A stretch of DNA of 64,000 bases from a virus. The DNA is taken from positions 108,879-172,878 of the IMG/VR virus record IMGVR_UViG_3300005613_000006, one strand, 5' to 3'. The translations under genes were made by a program, and so were the position numbers. This document shows positions 37,353 to 46,046 of the stretch, piece by piece. The notes beneath the pieces were generated by a model. The model was not told where the DNA came from. It worked only from the letters and a program-made list of their open reading frames with translations, and searched no databases. How positions within the stretch are numbered: position 1 is the first letter of the stretch; each line of letters opens with the position of its first letter.

Positions 37353-37422
37353 TGGACACGTCGGGACTCGAACCCGTCATTCTCGGTGCAAACGAGACAT
37401 GCTCCCATTACATCAACGGCCC
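37353..37422 (-). tRNA. tRNA-Ala(TGC)
   Basis: G3:U70, loop TTTGCAC. Confidence 0.85.
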
Positions 37423-37562
37423 ATCGTAGCCCGTAACGTGGGCTAATCGGGGGACGACTCAAGAGCCGCCTTCACCACCAACTTTTGACAGAAGTTGGAA
37501 ACTGGGAGGGTAGCCGAAGCCACTCCCACCGCCACCAGTTCTTTATGGAAACTGGAAACCAG

Positions 37563-37635
37563 CGACCCTAGCGGGAATTGAACCCGCGTCGAGAGGTTGA
37601 AAGCCTCACATCCTAGTCCACTAGAAGATAGGGCC
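37563..37635 (-). tRNA. tRNA-Glu(TTC)
   Basis: loop CTTTCAA. Confidence 0.9.
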
Positions 37636-37701
37636 ATGTTTTGGATGGTAGCCCTTTCAATGCTACTTTTAGGGTACGGCCTCACGGCAGGCACATCCAA
37701 G

Positions 37702-37774
37702 CACCGGGTAGAGGACTCGAACCTCAAACTAGCGGTTTAACAGACAGCCGTGCTACCTATTACACCAGCCCGGT
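37702..37774 (-). tRNA. tRNA-Asn(GTT)
   Basis: loop CTGTTAA. Confidence 0.85.
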
Positions 37775-38185
37775 ATGTTTTTTCACTCTGTCAATCAATT
37801 TCTGAGGGACTTCCACTATACCCTCTTCAACTTCCGCATGGTAGTTGCTACAGACTAAGATGCACTTCCTAGCTTCTGCTAATGCTCTGTCCCAACCTCG
37901 GGTCTGCCCTCCCATTGACAATCCAAACTCTTTTGTCTCTGGAAAAACGTGATGAAACCCCAACGCCCGCTCACATTTATCATAGCCACATAGTTCGCAT
38001 TGTCCCCCAAAGTGTTTAACCAGCTTCGGCTTGAGATTCTTGCGATACCGAGCAACCTTTTCCACCCGACACTTCTTGCAACGAAAGGTGCTTCCCTCTG
38101 CCACATGCTCAGTCAGGCCGTGCTTCTTACATTGGAAAAAAGGCGACAAGTTAGTTGGCCGACATTTCTTGATATTTGGAATCAT
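37760..38185 (-). CDS. HNH homing endonuclease (possibly degenerate)
   Basis: GG.C..CGY.KC..AL.FHH; CSNYH instead of CxNCH; overlaps a Y RNA at the 5' end and tRNA-Asn at the 3' end. Confidence 0.8.
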   Translation of the reverse strand: MIPNIKKCRPTNLSPFFQCKKHGLTEHVAEGSTFRCKKCRVEKVARYRKNLKPKLVKHFGGQCELCGYDKCERALGFHHVFPETKEFGLSMGGQTRGWDRALAEARKCILVCSNYHAEVEEGIVEVPQKLIDRVKKHTGLV

Positions 38186-38209
38186 GTAGTCGTGCCTTGC
38201 ATTCGCCGT
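38141..38209 (-). ncRNA. minimal Y RNA-like gene, copy 4
   Basis: GGCGAATG...GACTACATG...CTTGTCGCC-TTTTTT, starting just downstream of a TTGACA..TATAAT promoter. Confidence 0.7.
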
Positions 38210-38212
38210 TAT

Positions 38213-38240
38213 ATTATAGCCTGAGAATTGGTTTTGTCAA
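38213..38240 (-). promoter_or_regulatory. sigma70-consensus promoter
   Basis: TTGACA-16 nt-TATAAT. Confidence 0.75.
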
Positions 38241-38315
38241 CCACCTTCTCAGAATTTTTTCACCATTCGCTTGGTGCATACTAGATTATACACCGCAAAT
38301 CGCTGTTGTCAACCC

Positions 38316-38354
38316 AAAAAAAACGGGCGGTCGGAAATTTCTCCCGCCGCCCGT
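38316..38354 (-). terminator. intrinsic terminator
   Basis: ACGGGCGG/CCGCCCGT stem followed by a T-tract. Confidence 0.8.
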
Positions 38355-38388
38355 GAATAGTGGTCGTTCTAAACGAGGATTCGTCCTC

Positions 38389-39186
38389 TTACTGCACTAT
38401 TGGGGGTTGCGGTCGAACAGCGTTCTCGCTGGCTTCGCCTGGGGATACGCCACCGGCACCATCAGGAGTGATACCATCACCAACTGGTACGGATGGGGTA
38501 GACACGTCACGCAAGCGGTCTTCGGTGAAGAACGCATTGTATGGATGGTCTAGCCACTCATACACTGGAATGCTGGCGCTTGGGTTGTAGCCCGTAAAGT
38601 CTTCTGGCTTCAACAGGAAGTCAGGAGCCTTCGCTAGTTCCAAGTCGGCATTGAACAGTTCCACAGCCATCAAACGATAGGCTTCGCGGAACGGTTTCTT
38701 CATTTCGGTCGCGCTAACGGTCGTCCAGTCGTTTGTCCAGGTATTGGCTTCGGCCATCTGAACCAGATTGCCAAGACCATACAAGTACAACTCAATCCAA
38801 CGCTTGCACCAGCGGTTCTTCACGTCGAAGTAACGCACTGGGTAACGTCGGAACTTACGTCGAACCGGCGTAATGTGAGCGAAGTCCAATCGACTCTCAT
38901 TGTCTTCTTTCGTTCGTGCGTCGATGAAACGATTCAATCGCACAAACATGTTGTGATGCGCCTTGACACAATCAATACTTGGTGGATTGTGTACGAAGAA
39001 ATCGCGCATGTTGGACAGAGTAAGCATGTGACGGTTCACTGTCTCAAACAGTTCTGCCATAGCAGCGTTCTCTGTTTCCACGTTATCACCCAGGTTTACA
39101 ATCGCCCAGGTAATGCCCTCGTATGGGTAAGGCAAAATTGCATCATGCAATGCGATACCTGGGGCAACTACTACACTCTCAGCCAT
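38389..39186 (-). CDS. hypothetical protein
   Basis: 265 aa, RBS AGGAG, followed by a terminator. Confidence 0.8.
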   Translation of the reverse strand: MAESVVVAPGIALHDAILPYPYEGITWAIVNLGDNVETENAAMAELFETVNRHMLTLSNMRDFFVHNPPSIDCVKAHHNMFVRLNRFIDARTKEDNESRLDFAHITPVRRKFRRYPVRYFDVKNRWCKRWIELYLYGLGNLVQMAEANTWTNDWTTVSATEMKKPFREAYRLMAVELFNADLELAKAPDFLLKPEDFTGYNPSASIPVYEWLDHPYNAFFTEDRLRDVSTPSVPVGDGITPDGAGGVSPGEASENAVRPQPPIVQ

Positions 39187-39228
39187 AACACTCTCTCCTA
39201 CTAGTAAAAAAACAGGTTAACCTTTGTC

Positions 39229-41415
39229 TTATTGTCTGCGTGGTTCACCCAAAATCTGCCGCACCAACTGAGGTACGCAGCTAAATCGTGCATCGTCTGG
39301 ATGCCTCTTTGCAACTTCATCGACTGCATTCAACACTGCTTGGGCGTCGTACAGGCGACCTGGAAATTCTGGAGGCACCGGGCCTTGACCTTGTTTAGGG
39401 TCATAATTCGCCATAACGTATGCTATTGGCATAGGCTCTATTGGCGGTGGCGGCTGTCGATAATCAGGATGCATTATTGGTGTCGGCTCTGGGGTTGGCA
39501 CCGGCACTGGCGCTGGCTCACTGGTTGGTAGTGGCGGTGGAGTTGCTTTATGTTCTGGGAATCTCTTGTTAAAGAGCCCCACCAGAATGGCCTCAACCTT
39601 CTCTGCAATGTCGCGAGCCGCGTCACCATCGAGGCCAGCCTTGTCGGATGCTCCCTCGATTACGTCTTGAACTTTGTCAATCTTGGCCTTGCCTCGACGC
39701 TTGTACCAACATCGTCCTACATAAGATAATACACCGATTCCCAGGATTCCGAGCAGTCCAGTGGCCACATTTCTATGATTTGTGACCGTTTTGGTCTTCA
39801 ATTCTAGCTTATTCTTGGCTAAAATGACCACTCTAGCCTTGTCAACAATTTCTTCCATGTCCTTGCTTTGCTTGGTCACCAGACCCTTGAATTTGTCAAC
39901 CAAGGCTCCAGATTCGGCCAATTTGCTCTGGGTCGCATTGAACTCGCCAACCAACACGTCGTATTGTTGACGGGCCTCCATAAGTTTCTTATGCGATTCG
40001 CCGTACTTGTCTTTCCACTCAAGGGAATTCTCATACTTCTTAGCCAAGTCTTCAATCTCAGCCTTCAAAAGCATCAGTACAAACGCTTGTGCCTTAACCT
40101 TTCTCAAAGCCTCGTCGCGTTCCTCAATAGTTGACTGCAATTCTGCTTCCAGATTGGGATTGGCATACGGAGGCAATGTCTCTGGTGTTGGCTCTGGGGT
40201 TGTCTCGGGTTCTGGGTCCACTGGTCCAGGGATTGGCAGTGGCGCTGGATTGTCTGGCACTGGTAACTGCGGGTCTGGTCTTGGTGGAGCCGGTGTCGGC
40301 GTCTTGTCGTCTGGCAATGGTATTGGAATTGGCGCTGGCCCTGGTATGTTGGGCTGCGGCGCGGGCGCGGGCGCGGGCGCGGGCGCTGGCCCTGGATTAA
40401 ACGGTCGAATTGGGTCGCAAGGATACGGGTTGCGTGGTCCTGGTTGACAATAGGGCCGCACAGGAACGAGTGGTCGTCTTGGTGCGTGCCTGGGAATTAT
40501 GACGCCTGGACGGGCCTGCCAGATACGGCGCAAGAACCAACACTTAATCGTGGTGCCCACTGGCACGTTAACAGAGCCGTCAAGATTCTTGAGGTAAAAT
40601 CTACCGTCCCCACCCAACACATACGCATCCAAGAATGGTCTACCATCTGGGGCACATAGTTTGTCGGCGTTTGCTGGCAAACATACGTTGCAGTTCATAA
40701 AGTTGCTTGGGATGGCGCGTGGTCGATAAGGCTTCCCGGCCATAACCGTTCTAATCACCTTAATTGGAATAACCCCACCCAAGACATACTTCTTGGACTG
40801 CTTGTTCATAGAAATACGCCAAGTGATGATGCCTCCAACCCTAGTTTGTAGTTCGCCCTGCCTGTCTCTTACGTTAATCAACACCCCACTTCCGCTCTGA
40901 CCCGGCAACACTTCTGAAATGTAGAAGCGCCAGTTCTCGGTGGCATACACGCGGCCTTTTCTTACCAGAGCATCGAGCCCCATTGGGCAAGTCCCGGTCA
41001 TAAAGAACGTGTCTCTCTTTATCTCTGCATTCTCATCTGCTAAGGGAATTATGCGAGGCTTGAAGTACCCAAGGTCTTTCTTCGGCACGGTAAGCAAAGC
41101 AAAGTCTACGTTGGTATTTGGAGTGAAACTCTTCCATACTAGCGTGGCGTTTGTGCCCTTGCTACGGTATCCGTTGCGGAAGAAGTACGTCTTGAACGCA
41201 CGGTTGTTGTTTACAACATGACCATTGGTAAATATCCAATACTTATCTGGGTCATCAGCAATACAAGTACCAGTCCCGGTAGACCACTTACCATCTGGCC
41301 TCTGGGCCGCAACTCGACAGGTTCCCTCCAAGACTTGCTCCATCGTCAATGGCTTAGCGTTTACAGCCGTAGCCACTGCAAAAATCAGGCACAAGGCCAT
41401 AAGTAAGCGTTTCAT
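39229..41415 (-). CDS. membrane-anchored trypsin-like serine protease with Pro-rich linker and coiled coil
   Basis: signal peptide, TNGHVV, DFAL, PGQSGSG, PAPAPA linker, coiled coil, TM segment; promoter motif at 41450. Confidence 0.85.
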   Translation of the reverse strand: MKRLLMALCLIFAVATAVNAKPLTMEQVLEGTCRVAAQRPDGKWSTGTGTCIADDPDKYWIFTNGHVVNNNRAFKTYFFRNGYRSKGTNATLVWKSFTPNTNVDFALLTVPKKDLGYFKPRIIPLADENAEIKRDTFFMTGTCPMGLDALVRKGRVYATENWRFYISEVLPGQSGSGVLINVRDRQGELQTRVGGIITWRISMNKQSKKYVLGGVIPIKVIRTVMAGKPYRPRAIPSNFMNCNVCLPANADKLCAPDGRPFLDAYVLGGDGRFYLKNLDGSVNVPVGTTIKCWFLRRIWQARPGVIIPRHAPRRPLVPVRPYCQPGPRNPYPCDPIRPFNPGPAPAPAPAPAPQPNIPGPAPIPIPLPDDKTPTPAPPRPDPQLPVPDNPAPLPIPGPVDPEPETTPEPTPETLPPYANPNLEAELQSTIEERDEALRKVKAQAFVLMLLKAEIEDLAKKYENSLEWKDKYGESHKKLMEARQQYDVLVGEFNATQSKLAESGALVDKFKGLVTKQSKDMEEIVDKARVVILAKNKLELKTKTVTNHRNVATGLLGILGIGVLSYVGRCWYKRRGKAKIDKVQDVIEGASDKAGLDGDAARDIAEKVEAILVGLFNKRFPEHKATPPPLPTSEPAPVPVPTPEPTPIMHPDYRQPPPPIEPMPIAYVMANYDPKQGQGPVPPEFPGRLYDAQAVLNAVDEVAKRHPDDARFSCVPQLVRQILGEPRRQ

Positions 41416-41495
41416 ATTACCACCTTTGATTTGGTTCTCTCTCTACTATATTATACACCAAAAAAAGTCACCATATAAGGAAGGAAATGGCAACT

Positions 41496-41777
41496 TTAGG
41501 CAAGTGGTCGGACCTGGAAGGTGTCTCGAATCATCAGAATGAAGTCTTCGTGAAGCCCTCGGGCCTCTGCTTCCAGCGATGCCATAACAGGATAGTCAGG
41601 CAAGAACATAAGAACAGCGGCTAGATTTTCAGCCGCTTCATGTTTACCACTTCTCTCAAAATCCCTGATAGCCGCTCTTATCCCTTTGATAATCTTGCGT
41701 CCATCAACACACGAACAGGCCACGGTTGTGTCTCCCTGTTTAATGTAGCCCTTGCCTCCGCAAAATGGGCAGTTCAT
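41496..41777 (-). CDS. small Zn-finger protein
   Basis: CPFCGGKG...CSC. Confidence 0.6.
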   Translation of the reverse strand: MNCPFCGGKGYIKQGDTTVACSCVDGRKIIKGIRAAIRDFERSGKHEAAENLAAVLMFLPDYPVMASLEAEARGLHEDFILMIRDTFQVRPLA

Positions 41778-41963
41778 AGTCTCTCTCTTTGAGGTAGGAG
41801 TCAGTGGACGGCGCGGGAATTGAACCCGCGTCCTGCGATACCTCCAAAGCAAACGTCTACGTGTGTAGTTTGTTGTTAGGCTGCACAACAAACAAAGCTG
41901 TCTCGATGGTGGATATGCCTCTTGTTTTTTTAGGCACAAGAATAAGCCGTCCCGCGCTTGCCG

Positions 41964-41999
41964 TTAGGCTGCGCAGGCCAGAATGCCGTTATACTCGGC
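41964..41999 (-). other. tmRNA tag reading frame (A)AEYNGILACAA
   Basis: TAACT-GCC resume context, C-terminal AA then stop. Confidence 0.85.
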
Positions 42000-42022
42000 A
42001 GTTAAATTTGGTAGTCGATTTT

Positions 42023-42517
42023 TTATACACGATTCGCTTTTAAGTATTGGATTGCATTTTGTAGCAGGGCAATATCGTCCTGTAAAAAACCAATCCCGCG
42101 ATTGCATTTGTTACACAACAGACCTCGTATTTGTCCAGTCTGGTGGCAATGGTCTATTGCTAGTTTGCAATCTTTACCATGTCCAACTTCAACTCCACAG
42201 ATTTGACATTGTTCACCGAATTTTGAAACAAGTTCTTCATATTGCGCAAGCGACTGAGCATCTAAGTGTATGCAATGATTACATTGATACTTGCCGTTGC
42301 TCAATAATTGTGGAAAGTTTGACAATGGTAATAGTTTGCCACAGTTTTTACATGTGGCCTTGCCGTTTTTTGTATTCTTGGTTTTCGGTTTGTGCAAACC
42401 AAGATTAACGGCTTTGTAACGCAAGGTGGTATAGTTCATGCCAAGCTGACGAGCAGCTTTTCTTAAAGACATTCCACTTTTCACCAAGTTTACAATCTGT
42501 TGTTCAACTTCGGTCAT
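42023..42517 (-). CDS. HTH-endonuclease VII-family homing endonuclease
   Basis: C.ICG...LAIDHCH.TG.IRGLLC..CN.GIG...D; own promoter motif (42536) and RBS GGAGG. Confidence 0.9.
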   Translation of the reverse strand: MTEVEQQIVNLVKSGMSLRKAARQLGMNYTTLRYKAVNLGLHKPKTKNTKNGKATCKNCGKLLPLSNFPQLLSNGKYQCNHCIHLDAQSLAQYEELVSKFGEQCQICGVEVGHGKDCKLAIDHCHQTGQIRGLLCNKCNRGIGFLQDDIALLQNAIQYLKANRV

Positions 42518-42588
42518 TGGTGTTTCCTCCCTATTATTATACACCAGAACTGACCAAAATCGACCAATGCTTAAAAGCGAATCGTGTA
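42026..42588 (-). mobile_element. inverted-repeat-bounded intervening sequence in tmRNA PK1
   Basis: 42026-42050 and 42564-42588 are 24/25 complementary. Confidence 0.85.
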
Positions 42589-42659
42589 ACCGTGGCCCTT
42601 CGACCAACCACGACACGCGGTTCACAGCATCAGCACCCAGTCGAAACCTAAATGCCGCC

Positions 42660-42992
42660 CTAAACACTGTCTAACAAAGCAGCGACTTCCTCAACTGTCG
42701 CCTCGGCTCCTGTATGTAAGATTGCGTCAACAACCTTGCCTCCATGTAGTCTAAACTCACGGAAGCCCATTTCTCGCCTAACACGACGAGCTAACGCCCG
42801 CTTCTCCAACCATGTTGGATTTTGTGCCATGAAAGATACCTCTTCTGAGGACTTACGGCAGCGGTCGCGAATCAGTGGAATCAAACCAATAGCAACTTCG
42901 GTAAGCAATAGCAAGAGCGCGGCGCTCAGTGCCACATTTTGCTCACCCGGTAGATTCAGAACTGTTCTCTCAGCAAAGTCTTCTGGTGTCAT
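42660..42992 (-). CDS. hypothetical membrane-associated protein
   Basis: 110 aa with a hydrophobic segment; stop abuts the tmRNA 5' end. Confidence 0.65.
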   Translation of the reverse strand: MTPEDFAERTVLNLPGEQNVALSAALLLLLTEVAIGLIPLIRDRCRKSSEEVSFMAQNPTWLEKRALARRVRREMGFREFRLHGGKVVDAILHTGAEATVEEVAALLDSV

Positions 42993-43019
42993 TGCTCTCT
43001 CTCTTTCTTTTCTAAACAG

Positions 43020-43093
43020 TCGGAATGACAGGATTTGAACCTGCGGCCTTCCGCCCCCCAGACGGACGCGCTACCAAGCTGCGCTACATTCCG
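43020..43093 (-). tRNA. tRNA-Pro(GGG)
   Basis: loop CTGGGGG. Confidence 0.9.
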
Positions 43094-43166
43094 TTATAAT
43101 CTATATGCAGACGCCCACTTACAAAGTTTGGTCTGAACCTCCTACTATTATTATACACCGCGACTG

Positions 43167-43364
43167 CTAATCCTTCTGGATTTCGCTGCCGATTTCCTTT
43201 ACTTCATCCTCGACTTCCTTGAACCCCTTCTTGAAGGAGGGTATCGCCTGCCCCACTGAACGGGCAACTTTTGGAAGCTGCGAGCCGAACAAGAGGACGG
43301 CCACGATGCCGATAATGACAAGTTCAAAGGGTCCAGGGGTGAAAAAAGCAAACAGACTACTCAT
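43167..43364 (-). CDS. tatA: twin-arginine translocase subunit TatA/E
   Basis: G..ELVII..VAVLLFG..LP.VARS.G..I..FKKG. Confidence 0.9.
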   Translation of the reverse strand: MSSLFAFFTPGPFELVIIGIVAVLLFGSQLPKVARSVGQAIPSFKKGFKEVEDEVKEIGSEIQKD

Positions 43365-43962
43365 TGGATACCTCCCAATCGGGAACATAGTTCATGGACT
43401 CTTCGACGGTGACCTTTGGCACCATTTGAGTATAATCGAAGAACATCCAACGTCTTAATGTATCGCACTCTGGTGCTGTGTGTACCAAGTATAGATACGT
43501 CTTGATTTCATCCCAACTACCAAAAAGGTGGCAGTGTGGAAATGTCCCAACCAACCAGTCGGGAACTTGTTTCTTTCCTCCCTCAATATGAATCAGCGTC
43601 GGGTTCTTTAAGCGATTGCCCCAGAACGCTTCTTCATACGTACCACAGGCATGAACCTCAGGGTCAATGTTGACTATCAGGAAGTCAGACATATCCACCA
43701 TGCGAAGGTCTACAACTCGTAGTAACTTGATTTCTTTAGCAAGTGTTTCCCACTGGCCTATTTCCTTTAGGTGCCGCCTACGGTTTCTGTCCTCAATTCC
43801 CTCAAGTCCAATACTAATAGGCTTTCTGGTTGGGTCTAAAACCACAATACCCAACTTATCCAAAAAAGGTGTTATGTCTCGTCGCCATCCTACGCCGTGG
43901 TCAAGAGCCCGGTCCATTGCTCCGATGAGGTAGCAGCGCATCCCCCAAAGTCTGTGATTCAT
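43357..43962 (-). CDS. nucleoside 2-deoxyribosyltransferase-like protein
   Basis: YLIGAMD...WR, DL..V..SD, GTYEE. Confidence 0.7.
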   Translation of the reverse strand: MNHRLWGMRCYLIGAMDRALDHGVGWRRDITPFLDKLGIVVLDPTRKPISIGLEGIEDRNRRRHLKEIGQWETLAKEIKLLRVVDLRMVDMSDFLIVNIDPEVHACGTYEEAFWGNRLKNPTLIHIEGGKKQVPDWLVGTFPHCHLFGSWDEIKTYLYLVHTAPECDTLRRWMFFDYTQMVPKVTVEESMNYVPDWEVSNE

Positions 43963-44139
43963 CTTACAACTCCCGAAAGGCTTTTTTCAACGCTGTCCAA
44001 AAGACGCTGAACCTACTTGGTCCTGTACATTTCCCAATTTCTTCATAAATACGCTTCGGACAGTCTGGGGTACACCCTCTGTATTGAGTGCTACAACCGC
44101 TAGCGTGAAATCTCCAAAACTTGTATGGAACACGCCACT

Positions 44140-44409
44140 TCATACAACGTCATCCTTTCTTTCTAAATGGGTAATTCGGTCTTCTAGCTTCTCCCACAGG
44201 GTAATAAGCTGGTTTACGGTGTCCGTACACTCTGCATATCGTCGGCGCATAAACTGTATGACCAACATCGCGTCCGTGATACGGCCCTCAAGCCGATTTA
44301 TCCGGTCTCGATAGCCCTGTAGATAGGCATGGAGTACCTCCATTTGACTATCACTGAGCATCAGGCCCAGATTTTCAAGTTCTTCTGGTCCCATTGTATT
44401 ATAGCACAC
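44140..44409 (-). CDS. hypothetical protein
   Basis: ORF behind a sigma70-like promoter at 44399-44426; real start probably ATG 44394. Confidence 0.55.
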   Translation of the reverse strand: MCYNTMGPEELENLGLMLSDSQMEVLHAYLQGYRDRINRLEGRITDAMLVIQFMRRRYAECTDTVNQLITLWEKLEDRITHLERKDDVV

Positions 44410-44430
44410 GAATTGAGTTTGTCAACCTCG

Positions 44431-45612
44431 TTAGTCTCTTATTCCCATCCTTCGTAGCGGAGCATATGGGATGGCTTCGCGTTTTCCGCAGAAACCTATA
44501 ACCGATTTGGGGTTAAGGTCGCCTGGCACAAGAGGAATCTCTGCCAACACATGGTTCAAATCCCAGGCTCCGGTTTTGAGATAGTAAACTACCAGATTAG
44601 TCTTCACGTTCTCCAAAATAGCAAACGAACACTCATTGGTTTTTTCTACAAGTAGGTCAACATCAATGTTGCTAACCACTTCCTCATGCCAACTCTCTAT
44701 CAATCGTCGTCGTAAATCTTCGGTTGGCAAGTCAAAGTGTATAACCTCGTCAATGCGACCAGGACGTTTGAACGCTGGGTCGAGATTTTGAATGTCTTCA
44801 TTGGTGGTGAAGATGCGAACCACCGCGCCCTTATTCTCCCCTATGCCATCGAGCGCCGATAGCAACGCGCAGGCCATGCGTCCATCGCCCCCTGCTTTGC
44901 GATTCAGGTAGGCTGTGTCAATATCATCGAAGAAAAGTACATCAGCCGAGTTAACCACGTACTGTAAACTGTCTCCAGAAAAACCTTCTTCCAAAGCCGA
45001 TGCTGACACGGTATCGTAGGTCTTGTTGTGTAATCCACACAAGCCCTTGATGTAGTTACACAACATCGTCTTACCGTTCCCAGGAGGCCCAGTAAATAAT
45101 AGCCCGCGCCCCGCCCTAACAGCATATTGCTTTAAGCGGCGGCGGTTTTGTAGGAAGCGGATTGAATTGTCCAACGCGGTCTCCAACACCCCATCTGCCA
45201 AAACGGGTTTGAGTATGTTCGCCTTGACATACTGCTGACGTGACAGTTGATGATGCTTGATTATCGCCCTGAGTTTGCCTCGCTTGTAGACCAGAAATGT
45301 GTATAGGTAGTTGTAACCCGTTGGGTCGAGCAGAGTGACTATCAAGTATTGGGCTTCGCCTGCCTGATACTTGGCCACTCCAAAAATCTTAGTCCCCTGC
45401 TTCATAATCGGCAAGTCTCCCAACTGAGTGATTGAAACACGCCGGTCGTTGTAGTTCTCTGTCCTGTTGTGTTTGTAATAGTCGGAACCCAACCAGTCAC
45501 TAGTTCGGTCGGGAGTCATAAGGATACACAAGTCTTCTTCCTTACATTCCAACTCTTGGGCAAACTGGGGTAAGTATTCATTCAGTCGTATCTTGTGTTC
45601 CATTTTGTTCAT
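44431..45612 (-). CDS. AAA+ ATPase
   Basis: Walker A GPPGNGKT, Walker B FFDDID, TTN..LDPA..RPGRID. Confidence 0.9.
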   Translation of the reverse strand: MNKMEHKIRLNEYLPQFAQELECKEEDLCILMTPDRTSDWLGSDYYKHNRTENYNDRRVSITQLGDLPIMKQGTKIFGVAKYQAGEAQYLIVTLLDPTGYNYLYTFLVYKRGKLRAIIKHHQLSRQQYVKANILKPVLADGVLETALDNSIRFLQNRRRLKQYAVRAGRGLLFTGPPGNGKTMLCNYIKGLCGLHNKTYDTVSASALEEGFSGDSLQYVVNSADVLFFDDIDTAYLNRKAGGDGRMACALLSALDGIGENKGAVVRIFTTNEDIQNLDPAFKRPGRIDEVIHFDLPTEDLRRRLIESWHEEVVSNIDVDLLVEKTNECSFAILENVKTNLVVYYLKTGAWDLNHVLAEIPLVPGDLNPKSVIGFCGKREAIPYAPLRRMGIRD

Positions 45613-45614
45613 GG

Positions 45615-46046
45615 TCAGTCTCCTGTTGAACCAAATCCACCTATTCCGCGTTCGGTTTCATCTAAGGAAGTGACTTCTTGGATTTGTACGATTGGCACCG
45701 GGACAACAATACCCTGTACGATTTTGTCACCGCGTTCTATGACGCGACCGTTCTGGTCGAGGTTAATCAAACACACCTTCCACTCGCCTCGATAATCACA
45801 GTCAATGACTCCCGCAATGACATGTAGACCACCAGTAACGGCCATACCGCTCCGGTCGCAAAGCAACACTCCAAACCCCGGTGTGATTGCTGTCTCAATG
45901 CCAAGTGAAATGAGTTCTCGCTTGCGCGGCCAGATTTTCTTGGTCTCGGCGGCAAAGAAGTCGATACCAAAATCGTTCTCATGCGCCTTCACTGGTAACT
46001 TACTGTGTTCCCACAGTCGTTTCACTTTCATATCTACAAGCATCAA
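45615..46046 (-). CDS. dut: dUTPase
   Basis: RSG, GVIDCDYRGE, GDKIVQ, RG.GGFGSTG. Confidence 0.95.
   Translation of the reverse strand: MMLVDMKVKRLWEHSKLPVKAHENDFGIDFFAAETKKIWPRKRELISLGIETAITPGFGVLLCDRSGMAVTGGLHVIAGVIDCDYRGEWKVCLINLDQNGRVIERGDKIVQGIVVPVPIVQIQEVTSLDETERGIGGFGSTGD

Larger units (their letters stand above)
41804..42660 (-). ncRNA. ssrA: tmRNA interrupted by an endonuclease cassette
   Basis: 5' GGGCGGC..GGTTTCGAC, G3:U70, 3' GACGCGGGTTCAATTCCCGCGCCGTCCA, PK1 stems, tag reading frame AEYNGILACAA*. Confidence 0.9.

Noticed and set aside
40358-40386. GCGCGG tandem repeat
   Set aside because: It simply encodes the Pro-Ala linker of the protease.
42026-42588. Group I intron or IS element in the tmRNA
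   Set aside because: Nearly all of the insert is ORF, promoter and inverted repeat. There is no space for P3-P9 core elements, and no transposase or target duplication is visible.
42518-42667. N-terminal extension of the 214-aa ORF 42023..42667
   Set aside because: It reads through the tmRNA 5' half; the promoter and RBS point to ATG 42517.
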